A stretch of 64,000 nt of DNA. Source: an uncultured Gammaproteobacteria bacterium. GTDB lineage: Bacteria > Pseudomonadota > Gammaproteobacteria > UBA9214. The notes beneath the pieces are model-generated. The model searched no databases, was not told where the DNA came from, and was given only the letters and a program-made list of their open reading frames with translations. The stretch spans positions 96,001-160,000 of the forward strand of contig CAWHCQ010000004.1 of NCBI GenBank assembly GCA_963827755.1. The letters are read 5' to 3'. Position numbers and translations under genes: made by a program. This document shows positions 1-9,506 of this stretch, piece after piece (the stretch's first letter is position 1; each line of letters starts with the position of its first letter).

Positions 1-395
1 CCGTCGAGCACGCAGCGGATCGCGATCAACAGCGTCTCGCCCATCTCCTGCTTGCTGACGTAGCCATTGGCGCCGGCGCGCAAGGCGCGACGTGCGTATC
101 GAGGGGCCGCGTGCATGGAGAGCACCAGGATCGGCAGGTCCGCGTGGCGTGCGCGGATATCTTTTATCAGCCCGAAGCCATCGGTTTCCGCCAGCCAGAG
201 ATCGGTGATCACCAGGTCGGGTTGGCTGCTGGCGATGGCGTCGAGGCCATCGTGGTGCGTGGACTCGGCACAGACACCGAGATCGGGCTCGTTATCGATC
301 AGCGCGCTCAGACCGCGACGCACCAGGGGATGGTTATCGATGATCAGGAGCCGCTGCCGGGTCTTCGTTGCAGGTGGTGTGACGATGCTGTCCAT
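1..395 (-). CDS. NarL/FixJ-family response regulator (3' end runs off window)
   Basis: Manual translation from ATG at 395: MDSIVTPPATKTRQRLLIIDNHPLVRRGLSALIDNEPDL...PDLVITDLWL...LVLSMH...ALRAGANGYVSKQE. This is a REC domain paralogous to the next gene; it is not in the ORF track because it is truncated. Confidence 0.85.
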   Translation of the reverse strand, partial: MDSIVTPPATKTRQRLLIIDNHPLVRRGLSALIDNEPDLGVCAESTHHDGLDAIASSQPDLVITDLWLAETDGFGLIKDIRARHADLPILVLSMHAAPRYARRALRAGANGYVSKQEMGETLLIAIRCVLD

Positions 396-523
396 GACCT
401 GACAGGGTGGACCATAAGTGCGGCTATGCGTTACCTATATATAGCATGGGGGAAAGCCCCATGGGTCAGGCTGCCTGATTTGTATGGTAAACACCGGATG
501 CGGGCGGCACCCGGCAACGCGTA

Positions 524-1213
524 TTACCGATCTCCTTTCCCGGCTTCAACCCATTGCGTTGCACGTTGGGCGAGTTCGGCAGAGGATTCCAGCACCAGTT
601 TCTGCTTGATGTGCTGGCGGTGGGATTCAATCGTCTTGATGCTCAGGGTGAGGGTCTTTGCAATCTGGCGCGTGCCCTGGCCTTCACCGATGAGTCGAAA
701 CACCTGCAACTCGCGGTCGCTGAGCGCATCCATGGACGCGTCCGCTTGCAGCGTTCGCCCGCCCAGGTATTTCGCGGAAAGCCGCGCCTCGAGCTTGTCG
801 CCTATGTACATCTCGCCGTTAAGCACCCGGCGCATGGCAAACAACAATGTCTCGTCGAGTTGTTGCTTGGTGACATAGCCCAGGGCGCCGGCCCGCAGGG
901 CGCGCTCGGCATACACCGACTCATTGTGCATCGAGAGCACCAGTGCCGGAATCTTCGGGTGGCGTTTTTTCATGGTCTTGATCAGGTCCAGGCCGTGAGA
1001 GCCATCGAGCTCCAGATCGACCAGCACCAGGTCGGGCCGGCACGCCCGGACAACCTTGAGCGCGGCCTCGCAGCAGGCGGCCTCCCCGCAGACTTCGAGG
1101 CCGGGCTCGGACTCGATCAGGGCGGTCAGGCCGCGACGCATCATGGGATGATCGTCGACGATGAGAACCGCCTTGCTGGCCGGAGAGCCGGTTTCAGGTG
1201 TCTTCGCGTTCAT
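524..1213 (-). CDS. NarL-family response regulator (REC + LuxR HTH)
   Basis: IVDDHPMMRRG, DLVLVDL, GALGYVTK, and C-terminal LSDRELQVFRLIGEG...TIESHRQHIKQKL. Confidence 0.93.
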   Translation of the reverse strand: MNAKTPETGSPASKAVLIVDDHPMMRRGLTALIESEPGLEVCGEAACCEAALKVVRACRPDLVLVDLELDGSHGLDLIKTMKKRHPKIPALVLSMHNESVYAERALRAGALGYVTKQQLDETLLFAMRRVLNGEMYIGDKLEARLSAKYLGGRTLQADASMDALSDRELQVFRLIGEGQGTRQIAKTLTLSIKTIESHRQHIKQKLVLESSAELAQRATQWVEAGKGDR

Positions 1214-2321
1214 GGTCCGGGGCCTCGGCCGTTTCAGGCGTCTCGGGAATGGGAAAGGTGCAGCTGACCGCCGTACCGCGCAGGCTACGGCGTCGCACCT
1301 CCAGGGACCCGCCGATCAAACGCGAGCGGTAGGCCATGGTGTGCATCCCCACCCCGTCCGCCGCGCCCGCCCCCTCGGGTATGCCGACGCCATCGTCGCG
1401 GATGCGCAGCAGGCCCTCTCCATCGTTCACGCCCAGGCTGCATTCGATCCGCTCTGCGCGTCCGTGGGATACGGCATTGCTCATCGCCTCTTGCGCGATG
1501 CGATAGAGGTGCGCCTCGATCTCAGGGCAATTACAGTCCATGGGCCAGTCACACTCGAGCGTGCAGGGGATGCCAAAGCGGTCATGAATATTGAGTGCCA
1601 GGGTCTCGAGCGTCGCGTCGAGACCGGCCTTGTTCAGGCCCTGCGGGCCGAGACCGCGCGCAAGGTCGCGGGCCTCGCCGATGGCCTCGTTCAGCAGTGT
1701 GTTGATCTCGCGGGCGTCAACTGACGTGGCGGATTCAGGGCCCCGCGCCAGCTTTCTGGAAAGCGTCGCGGTGAGGGCCGCAATACCGGCCAGCGTTTGG
1801 CACAGGCCATCATGCAGTTCCCGGCCCAGGCGTTCCTTTTCCTGGTCGACGATCTCGAGGACCTCCCGCTCCAGCCGCTTCTGGCGGGTGACGTCGCGTG
1901 CGTTGGCGTAGATCTGTTGCCGCTCCGGCACAGGCCGCGAGTTCCACCGCAGCCAGCGATACGAGCCATTCTTGTGGCGATAGCGATTCTCGAACAGGAC
2001 TACCTCGGCACTCTTGTTAAGCAGGCCAACTTGCGCCAGCGTGGCCTCGCGGTCCTCGGGGTGTACGAACTCGATGAAGGGTTTGGCCTGCAGCTCCTCC
2101 GGCGTCCAGCCCAATAGGGTCGTCCACTGCGGGTTCAAGTGCTTGAAGTATCCATCGAACCCGGCAATGCACAGCAGGTCGAGCGACTGGTCGAAGAAGC
2201 GGGTGTACTCGTCCTCGGCCCGCTCCATCCGTGCGGACTGGAGTTTCAGGTTCTCGTTCTCCCGGCGGGAGGCGTCGAGATCCTCGATGAGCTCGGCTCT
2301 TGTGGGTTGTTCTTGTTCCAT
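1194..2321 (-). CDS. Cytoplasmic PAS sensor histidine kinase (HisKA_3, NarX/ComP type)
   Basis: PAS domain (FIEFVHPEDR, YRWLRW), H-box ERLGRELHDGLCQ, YRIAQEAMSNAVSHG, DDGVG; overlaps the cognate response regulator. Confidence 0.92.
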   Translation of the reverse strand: MEQEQPTRAELIEDLDASRRENENLKLQSARMERAEDEYTRFFDQSLDLLCIAGFDGYFKHLNPQWTTLLGWTPEELQAKPFIEFVHPEDREATLAQVGLLNKSAEVVLFENRYRHKNGSYRWLRWNSRPVPERQQIYANARDVTRQKRLEREVLEIVDQEKERLGRELHDGLCQTLAGIAALTATLSRKLARGPESATSVDAREINTLLNEAIGEARDLARGLGPQGLNKAGLDATLETLALNIHDRFGIPCTLECDWPMDCNCPEIEAHLYRIAQEAMSNAVSHGRAERIECSLGVNDGEGLLRIRDDGVGIPEGAGAADGVGMHTMAYRSRLIGGSLEVRRRSLRGTAVSCTFPIPETPETAEAPDHEREDT

Positions 2322-2419
2322 TTTCGAGTCGGGCTTCGTTTATTGTTAGGGGAGCGTGTTGGGTAGCATAACCTACCCGCATATATGAAAGGTAATAGTC
2401 ATTTCCCGTCAAGGCCTGC

Positions 2420-2600
2420 TTGTTGAATAGCCACCGACCTCGCTATTCACCCCAGAATAGACCGCTGCCCCACATATTACAGGGGTCGATGCCGATCAGG
2501 CCTAAAGCACCTACTTTTGGTGAAAACCCGCCTCAACCACCGGGCCCAGGCCATCGTAGCCTGGCGCTTCATAGCCGAGTTTGGGTCAGCGGCTGAGCGA
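2420..2600 (-). mobile_element. Possible degenerate IS91/ISCR-family transposase C-terminal remnant
   Basis: KRQATMAWARWLRRVF resembles the IS91/ISCR C-terminal RxAMTWAQRLKRVF. An inverted repeat TGAATAGC-N10-GCTATTCA lies just downstream (~2424-2449). Confidence 0.35.
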
Positions 2601-2834
2601 GCACTTGGCGGAATGGTCATTTTCGAAGTGTCGGTGTTGTAGATCGCAACCAGGTTATGAATGTCTCCTTTTCTATAAACTTGCCGTTCAGAACTGTAAC
2701 CGGGAATGGCTGGAGTTGGCCGATAGTCGCCAACCAGGAGCCCTGCATCAGCTGGGTTTTCTGTGAACGTGGAACGGCAACTTTTCCGAAAGAGGACATT
2801 TAGCAAGTCAGCATGGACAGACTATCTGTTTTAT

Positions 2835-3090
2835 CCCCCATAGGCGCAGCCGAGCATCGCAGTGAAAACCGGATGAAGCATGCGCCCTGTTTGAGCTTTC
2901 GAGCGCAGCGAGATTGCGAGTTGCGCATGCGCCGGTTTTCGCGAGAAGCGCATGGGCAAGCCTGCGAAGCGGGCTTGTAGATCAAGTAGCGGGCAAGCCT
3001 TCGGGCCGCCTTTCTTTTGGATACGTTTCTTTGGCGCAGCAAAGAAAAGTATCTCGCCGTGCGCGACCAGCGAAAGCCCGCATCAAATAA
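2835..3090. repeat. Multi-hairpin intergenic element (REP/MITE-like or structured RNA)
   Basis: Nested stems GAAAACCGG/CCGGTTTTC and GCATGCGC/GCGCATGC; hairpins CAAGCCTGC-GAA-GCGGGCTTG and GATACGTTTCTTTG-gcgcag-CAAAGAAAAGTATC. Confidence 0.6.
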
Positions 3091-3116
3091 AACTCTTCGC
3101 CCGCCAGGGCAAAACC

Positions 3117-3825
3117 CTAACCACGCAGTGGTTCCAGCCAGCGCCGGTACAAAACATCCGCCACCTGTTGTGCTGCGGTAATTCTTTGCTCCAGTCCCTC
3201 GGTCATCTGTTGCTGCCGATTGCACGCTGGCTGCCGGATCATCGAGTTCGTCTGCATAAAGCGTTGCCCATTCACGCACCATGGCGGCGGTCATCTCCAC
3301 GTGGCATTGCAGGGCGAGGGTGTTGCCTGCTGGCAAAGGCCTGGTTGCTGCAGTGGTCGTTCTCCAGTGATCACCTCGGCCCCGGCCGGAATGGAGAAGG
3401 TTTCGCCATGCCAGTGAAACAGCGTGGTTTCATCTGGCAGTCCGTCGAGCCAGCGTTGCGCTGTCGGGTTGTCACATTTGCGCACCGGGTGCCAGCCGAT
3501 TTCCCTTGGCGGGTTTTTTGTCACCTCACCGCCCAGTGCCTTGCTGATCAGCTGGCCACCCAGGCAGTGCCCGAGTACCGGCATGCTCTCGTGCCTGTGC
3601 CATCCGGATCAGGGCCAGTTCCTGTTCGATCCAGGGCAGGGGGTCGTTGACACTCATTGGACCACCCATGAAGACCAGACCGGAACAGTCATCAATATGC
3701 CGGGGCAACGGTTCGCCCCGGTCAATGGCGATCAGCCTGAAAGGAACCTTTTCACGCGCCAGTACCTCTGACAGGTATCCGGGGCCTTCACAGTCGATGT
3801 GGCGAAATATATACAGAGGTTTCAT
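3117..3825 (-). CDS. Type 1 glutamine amidotransferase (split by about 3 frameshifts)
   Basis: Consecutive frames give FMGGPMSVND, LGHCLGGQL (catalytic Cys), FHWHGETF, LALQCHVE (His-x-Glu) and end ...VLYRRWLEPLRG* at 3117. Confidence 0.8.
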
Positions 3826-3855
3826 AATCAGGGCACGGCAGCCGATAGGTAACAG

Positions 3856-4515
3856 ATGATGGCATTATCCAGAATTTCCCGGGCTCTCCTAGTGCTGTGG
3901 CTAGGCGGTTTGAATCAATCCGCGCAGGCGGGTACCGATGTACGTGTTGTCGGCTTGTTCAGCGAACGTGCCGTGGTGGTGGTCAACGGCAAGCAGCATA
4001 TTCTGAGAGTGGGGCAGAGTACGCCGCAAGGCGTCAGGCTGCTTGCGGCGGACAGTGAATCAGCAGATCTCGAGATAGACGGTAAAGTGGTCAGGGCGCG
4101 GCTGGATGGACGCATCACCGCAAGCAAGCAAACGCCCGGCGCGAAGGAATTTCATATCTCACGCAACACCCGGGGGATGTATTCAACGGTGGGCAGTATC
4201 AATGGTTTGACGGTTTCATTCCTGGTCGATACCGGTGCCACGCTCCTTTCCCTGAATGCAGCCGAGGCCCGGCGCCTGGGCATAGACTTCCGCGTGGTTG
4301 GTACGCCAACGACGGTCACCACGGCCTCGGGTGTCGAACGCGCCTGGGGTGTCGTCCTGGATACCGTCAAGGTTGGCGAACTGGAGTTGCGTAATGTAGG
4401 GGCAGTGGTACTCGAGGGTCCCCAGCCTGAACAGGCCCTGCTGGGTATGAGTTATCTCGGTCGACTGGAGATGTCCAACAGTGGTCGCTTGATGACCTTG
4501 CGCAAAAAGTACTAG
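3856..4515 (+). CDS. Clan AA retropepsin-like aspartic protease (TIGR02281 type)
   Basis: Signal peptide, FLVDTGAT catalytic motif, ALLGMSYL. Confidence 0.9.
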   Translation: MMALSRISRALLVLWLGGLNQSAQAGTDVRVVGLFSERAVVVVNGKQHILRVGQSTPQGVRLLAADSESADLEIDGKVVRARLDGRITASKQTPGAKEFHISRNTRGMYSTVGSINGLTVSFLVDTGATLLSLNAAEARRLGIDFRVVGTPTTVTTASGVERAWGVVLDTVKVGELELRNVGAVVLEGPQPEQALLGMSYLGRLEMSNSGRLMTLRKKY

Positions 4516-4545
4516 GCCTGCGAAAAGAAGTGCCTATGTCGCCTG

Positions 4546-4638
4546 GTAGGATGGGTAAAGGAGCAAAGCGACGTACCCGTCAATGCACGACGCAAACCAT
4601 TCACCCCTGACGGGTACGCTGCGCTTTACCCGTCCTGC
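4546..4638. repeat. GTAG-family REP inverted pair (REPIN-like)
   Basis: GTAGGATGGGTAAAG..GCG.CGTACCCGTC ... GACGGGTACG..CGCTTTACCCGTCCTGC, located between convergent genes. Confidence 0.7.
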
Positions 4639-4649
4639 TAAAAGCAGGC

Positions 4650-5471
4650 TTAATCAGCTGTGTTCTTCGTGTGCTCGATCAGGGCGTAGGCTGAATGGTT
4701 GTGAATGGACTCGAAGTTTTCGGATTCCACCGTATATGAAGTGATACGCTCATCATTATTGAGGCGGGTGGCAATGTCGCGCACCATGTCTTCAACAAAC
4801 TTCGGATTGTTATAGGCCCTTTCTGTCACGTACTTCTCATCCGGACGCTTCAACAGGCCATAGAGTTCACAGGAAGCCTCTTCCTCGACGAGATCGATCA
4901 AATCCTCAATCCAGACAAAGCCGTGTGTTTCCGCGTTGATGGTCACATGCGAGCGCTGGTTATGTGCGCCGTAGTCGGATATTTTCTTGGAGCAGGGGCA
5001 CAGGCTGGTGACCGGGACAACAACCTTGACGTTCATTTTCGGTTCGCCATCGATAAACTTGCCAATGAGACTGACTTCATAGTCCAGCAGGCTTTCAACA
5101 CCCGAAACCGGGGCTGCCTTGTTGATGAAATAGCTGAAGCTCATCTCGATGTGGCCTGAATCGGCCTCCAGGCGATCGGTCATTTCGCTGAGCATTTCCT
5201 TGAACGAGTCCACCGTGATTTCGCGTTCATGGAGATTGAGAATCTCGACAAAGCGCGACATGTGCGTGCCTTTGAAGTTGTGCGGCAGATTGACGTACAT
5301 GTTGAAGTTTGCGATGGTATGCTGTTCGCCGCCGGCGCGGTCTTTAACCCGTACCGGGTGACGAATATCCTTGATGCCCACCTTGTCGATGGGAATCTGC
5401 CGTGTATCGGGTCTGTTTTGCACGTCGGCAATGGTTGCTTCAGCCTTGTGTGCCATTTCACTTGCTTTCAT
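4650..5471 (-). CDS. folE2: GTP cyclohydrolase IB
   Basis: [53 protein letters not shown]. Confidence 0.96.
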   Translation of the reverse strand: MKASEMAHKAEATIADVQNRPDTRQIPIDKVGIKDIRHPVRVKDRAGGEQHTIANFNMYVNLPHNFKGTHMSRFVEILNLHEREITVDSFKEMLSEMTDRLEADSGHIEMSFSYFINKAAPVSGVESLLDYEVSLIGKFIDGEPKMNVKVVVPVTSLCPCSKKISDYGAHNQRSHVTINAETHGFVWIEDLIDLVEEEASCELYGLLKRPDEKYVTERAYNNPKFVEDMVRDIATRLNNDERITSYTVESENFESIHNHSAYALIEHTKNTAD

Positions 5472-5669
5472 CAGTCTTTGTCCGGGTAGATGTCAGAACG
5501 GCCTGAGTTTTCTTTTTCCCAGCCTACCCGCCGCTGCAGGGCATGCCTACATGTCCGAAGGGGTAGCGGCAGTTTGGCGGGTGTTGCGCTTCAATTCCTG
5601 AGTAGAATGGCAGGATATTACCCCAGCGCCGGTGGCCGTGCAATTGACGAGACGTGCAGGTTCCTTGTT

Positions 5670-6575
5670 TTATCTTTCTCTTTCAATAATATAGAGTGAT
5701 ATCCGGCGCAGCGGATCGGCGCCGGCATCGAAGCCGGAGAGGCTGTCCATCGCCTCGGCATGCAACTCGGCGGTGCGCTGGCGGGCGGCATCCAGTCCGA
5801 TCAGTGCCGGGTAGGTCGATTTTTCAGCGGATTGGTCGGCACCCGGATTCTTCCCGAGGGTGGCGGCCTCACCTTCGACATCAAGAATATCGTCGCGTAT
5901 CTGGAACGCCAGGCCGATGCACTTTGCATAGTGGTCGAGTTTTTCCAGCTGCTCACTGTCGGAGTTTTCAGCATTCATGGCCCCGAGTACCAGGCTGGCC
6001 CGAATCAGGGCACCTGTCTTGTGAATGTGCATATCCTCGAGTTCGGCGATATTTTGTGACCGCCCTGTTGCGGCCAGGTCAATCGCCTGTCCGCCAGCCA
6101 TGCCGCGGGAGCCGGCAGCGAGTGCCAGGGTCCTGATCATTTTCAGCCGCGTACCGTCCCCGATGCCGGCAGTGGTGTTGTTCGCAAGCACCTGGAAAGC
6201 CAGCGATTGCAATGCATCACCGGCAAGGATGGCGGTGGATTCATCAAAGGCGCGGTGACAGCTGGCCCTGCCGCGGCGCAGGTCGTCATTATCCATGGCC
6301 GGCAGGTCATCATGAATCAGGGAATAGGCATGGATGAATTCAATTGCACAGGCAGGTGCATCAAGTGTTTCCTGCCCGGCGCCGACGGCAAGGCCACTGG
6401 CATATACCAGTGCCGGGCGAATGCGTTTACCGTCACTCAGCACCGCGTAACGCATGGCCTCATGCAGGTGGGCGGGATGCGTCGTTGCGGCCGGCAGCAA
6501 CTGTTCCAGGTGCTTGTCCAGGCGTGCGCGGCATTGCGCCAGGAACGCCGTCAGTTGCGGATCAGTTGTCTTCAC
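5670..6575 (-). CDS. ispA: Farnesyl diphosphate synthase
   Basis: GKRIRP, SLIHDDLPAMDNDDLRRG, HKTGALI, FQIRDDILD, KSTYP. Confidence 0.95.
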   Translation of the reverse strand: MKTTDPQLTAFLAQCRARLDKHLEQLLPAATTHPAHLHEAMRYAVLSDGKRIRPALVYASGLAVGAGQETLDAPACAIEFIHAYSLIHDDLPAMDNDDLRRGRASCHRAFDESTAILAGDALQSLAFQVLANNTTAGIGDGTRLKMIRTLALAAGSRGMAGGQAIDLAATGRSQNIAELEDMHIHKTGALIRASLVLGAMNAENSDSEQLEKLDHYAKCIGLAFQIRDDILDVEGEAATLGKNPGADQSAEKSTYPALIGLDAARQRTAELHAEAMDSLSGFDAGADPLRRISLYIIERER

Positions 6576-6804
6576 TGTCGAACGCTGTGATTTCGTCCTG
6601 GCCGCTTTTCTGCATCAGGATTTCAACCTTCTGTTCGGCTTCTTTAAGTGCCTTTTGACAGGCGCGGGACAGTGCTACGCCACGTTCAAAGTGGCTCAGG
6701 GAGTCTTCCAGGCTGAGGTCGCCCTGTTCCATCTTTTCAACAAGGGTTTCGAGTTCTTTCAGGGATTGCTCGAAACCGGGCGTCTCTGTACTTTTTTTTG
6801 CCAT
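6562..6804 (-). CDS. xseB: Exodeoxyribonuclease VII small subunit
   Basis: FEQSLKELETLVEKMEQGDLSLEDSLSHFERGVAL; overlaps the ispA start. Confidence 0.95.
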   Translation of the reverse strand: MAKKSTETPGFEQSLKELETLVEKMEQGDLSLEDSLSHFERGVALSRACQKALKEAEQKVEILMQKSGQDEITAFDSEDN

Positions 6805-6894
6805 CGCTTGTATCTTCCTGATAATCGGCTTAACTTACTCCACCCGGGCAAGAAGGGTCAATTCAGGGGCCGTCTTTTTTCGCCACGTGCAGGG

Positions 6895-6941
6895 TTGACG
6901 ACCGCGGCTTCCCCGGCTAGTATTTAGACACATTCTAAATA
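6895..6941 (+). promoter_or_regulatory. Sigma70 promoter with overlapping ICE/PerR-like palindrome upstream of rubrerythrin
   Basis: TTGACG (6895-6900), 17-bp spacer, TAGTAT (6918-6923); palindrome TATTTAGA-cacat-TCTAAATA (6921-6941). Confidence 0.7.
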
Positions 6942-6993
6942 CAAACAGGATCAAGTCTCCACCAAAAATCACCATTCAAACGAGGTACTTATT

Positions 6994-7413
6994 ATGGATC
7001 TAAAAGGCAGCACAACTGAACAGAATCTCAAAGACGCGTTCTCCGGTGAGTCCCAGGCCAACCGCCGCTACCTGTATTTTGCCGCCAAGGCCGATGTCGA
7101 AGGCTACAACGATGTTGCTGCCGTGTTCCGTTCCACCGCTGAAGGCGAGACGGGGCATGCGCATGGTCACCTGGAATATCTCGAGCAGGTTGGTGATCCC
7201 GCAACCGGTTTACCGATCGGACCTACGGCCAGCAACCTGAAGGCCGCCATTGCCGGTGAAACACACGAGTACACCGATATGTATCCGGGTATGGCGAAGT
7301 CGGCGCGTGATGAAAGCTTCGATGAAATTGCGGACTGGTTCGAGACACTGGCCAAGGCCGAGCGCTCGCATGCGAACCGATTTCAGAAGGCCCTGGACAA
7401 TCTTAACGACTAG
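6994..7413 (+). CDS. rbr: Short rubrerythrin (no rubredoxin domain)
   Basis: AFSGESQANRRYLYFA, EGETGHAHGH, GETHEYTDMYPGMA, AERSHA. Confidence 0.93.
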   Translation: MDLKGSTTEQNLKDAFSGESQANRRYLYFAAKADVEGYNDVAAVFRSTAEGETGHAHGHLEYLEQVGDPATGLPIGPTASNLKAAIAGETHEYTDMYPGMAKSARDESFDEIADWFETLAKAERSHANRFQKALDNLND

Positions 7414-7431
7414 GATCAGTTGAATCCGGAC

Positions 7432-7459
7432 AAAGGGCCGGTCTATCCGGCCCTTTCTT
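7432..7459 (+). terminator. Intrinsic terminator or stabilising hairpin after rbr
   Basis: AAAGGGCCGG-tctat-CCGGCCCTTT followed by CTT. Confidence 0.65.
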
Positions 7460-7489
7460 GTTGACCTCCAATAACCAGGAACGACGGCA

Positions 7490-8838
7490 ATGGGATCAAA
7501 TACTGAAGGTAGCCGGGAAGGAAGCCTGCAGGCACCGATACGGCATCCGCTGGACTGGACCGCCCCGTCTTTCTATGACGAAGAGAGCCTGTTCACGGAA
7601 CTCGAACGGGTCTACGACATCTGCCATGGATGCCGTCGCTGTTTCAGCCTGTGTAATGCCTTTCCAACCCTGTTTGATGCCATTGATGAATCCGACACCA
7701 TGGAGCTCGATGGTGTCGCCCGGGAAGTGTACTGGGACGTGGTTGACCACTGTTACCTGTGTGACATGTGCTACATGAGCAAGTGCCCCTACGTACCGCC
7801 GCATGAGTGGAATGTCGATTTTCCCCATCTCATGTTGCGGGCCAAGGCAGTAAAATTCAAAAAAGGCAAGACACGTTTTCGCGACAGGGTGCTGACGTCA
7901 ACGGATACTGTCGGCAAGCTTGCCGGAATACCGATCGTGGCACAGGTGGTGAATGCCTCTAACCGCAGCAAGCTGGGCCGCAAGTTGCTGAAGACGGCGC
8001 TTGATGTTCATCCGGACGCGGTATTGCCTGAATACAATTCACGGACCCTGCGCAAACGGCTTGGCAACACGGCACAGGCCGGTATGGACGTGCGAACCGG
8101 CCGGGCCGACGACCGGCAAGGTCGTCCTGTTTGCTACCTGTTATGGCAACTACAACGAGCCGGGGATCGGCCAGGACCTGGCGGCGATTTTTGCGCACAA
8201 CGATATCCCGTTGACCCTGGCAGGCAAGGAACGCTGTTGCGGCATGCCGAAACTGGAACTCGGTGACCTGGATAGCGTCAAGGCAGCGCGTGATGCCAAT
8301 ATCCCCGAACTGGCCAGGCTGGTCGATGAGGGCTGGGACATCGTGGCGCCCGTGCCTTCCTGCGTATTGATGTTCAAGCAGGAATTGCCATTGATGTTTC
8401 CGGATGATGCGAGTGTTGCTAAAAGTGAAGGATGCGATTTTTGACCCGTTTGAATACCTTATGCTGCGGCATAAACATGAAAAGCTGAAAACCGACTTCA
8501 GGGAACCGCTTGGCAAGATCGCCTGGCATGTGGCCTGCCATCTGCGGGTACAGAATATCGGTATGAAAACCCGTGATCTTCTCGAACTGATACCGGAGAC
8601 CAGTGTCGAGCCCATCGAGCGCTGTTCCGGGCATGATGGTACCTATGCCGTTAAAAGCGAATTTCACGAGATATCGATGAAAATTTGCAAGCCGGTTGTG
8701 AGCCGGGTGCAGAAATCCGGGGCGGACCATTACAGCAGTGATTGCCCCATGGCCGGCCATCAAATCAGGAACGGCCTGGCTGATGACAGTGCACCGCTGC
8801 ATCCGTTGACATTGTTACGCATGGCGTACGGAGTATAG
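7490..8838 (+). CDS. Rubrerythrin-associated Fe-S oxidoreductase (GlpC/CCG domains; 2 frameshifts near 8095 and 8415)
   Basis: CHGCRRCFSLC, CYLCDMC..KCP, then CCGMP, ACH, CSGHDG, SDCPMA across three overlapping frames. Confidence 0.88.
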
Positions 8839-8843
8839 ATACC

Positions 8844-9428
8844 ATGGACAAGCTTACGCGCAAGGACCTCTATTCGCTTGAAGAATATGCCGAGAACAGG
8901 GATGTTATCCGCAAGCGGGTGCTGGCTCACAAAAAGAACCGCAAGGTGCATATCGGGCCCTCTGCTACCCTTTACTTTGAAGACCGCCGGACTGTTCAGT
9001 ACCAGATACAGGAGATGCTGCGGATCGAACGCATCTTCGAGTCCGCCGCTATCGAGGAAGAACTGGGTGCCTACAATCCCCTGATCCCGGAAGGCAGTAA
9101 CTGGAAAGCAACCTTTATGATCGAGGAGCCGGATGTGTCGCGGCGTAAGGAACTGCTGGCCGGGCTGGTCGGTATCGAGGACAAGGTCTGGGTACGTGTC
9201 GATGGCAGTGAACCGGTGTACGCGATTGCCGACGAGGATCTGGAGCGCGAAACCGCAGAAAAGACCTCTGCAGTGCACTTCATGCGCTTCGAACTTGACG
9301 AGAAAATGATTGCTGCACTAAAGGCAGGGGCTTCCCTGAGCATGGGGATTGCACACCCCGGTTACTCGCACGAGGTGGCGCCGGTCGTTGCACCGATACG
9401 TGATGCCTTGCTGGCCGATCTGGCGTAA
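8844..9428 (+). CDS. DUF3501 family protein
   Basis: YSLEEY, HKKNRKV, YQIQEMLRIE, YNPLIP, KTSAVHFMRF; canonical partner of rbr and RFO. Confidence 0.9.
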   Translation: MDKLTRKDLYSLEEYAENRDVIRKRVLAHKKNRKVHIGPSATLYFEDRRTVQYQIQEMLRIERIFESAAIEEELGAYNPLIPEGSNWKATFMIEEPDVSRRKELLAGLVGIEDKVWVRVDGSEPVYAIADEDLERETAEKTSAVHFMRFELDEKMIAALKAGASLSMGIAHPGYSHEVAPVVAPIRDALLADLA

Positions 9429-9506
9429 CCTGCATCCGCTCACGGAGAGTCTGCAGCATACAACAGGGTCGCTTTGACGTGTGCCGCGCGTTAAACTGCG
9501 CTACCC

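Noticed and set aside
2800-3336. 178-aa ORF as an independent gene
   Set aside because: Its N-terminal part is a frameshifted piece of the amidotransferase; the rest reads through the palindromic element.
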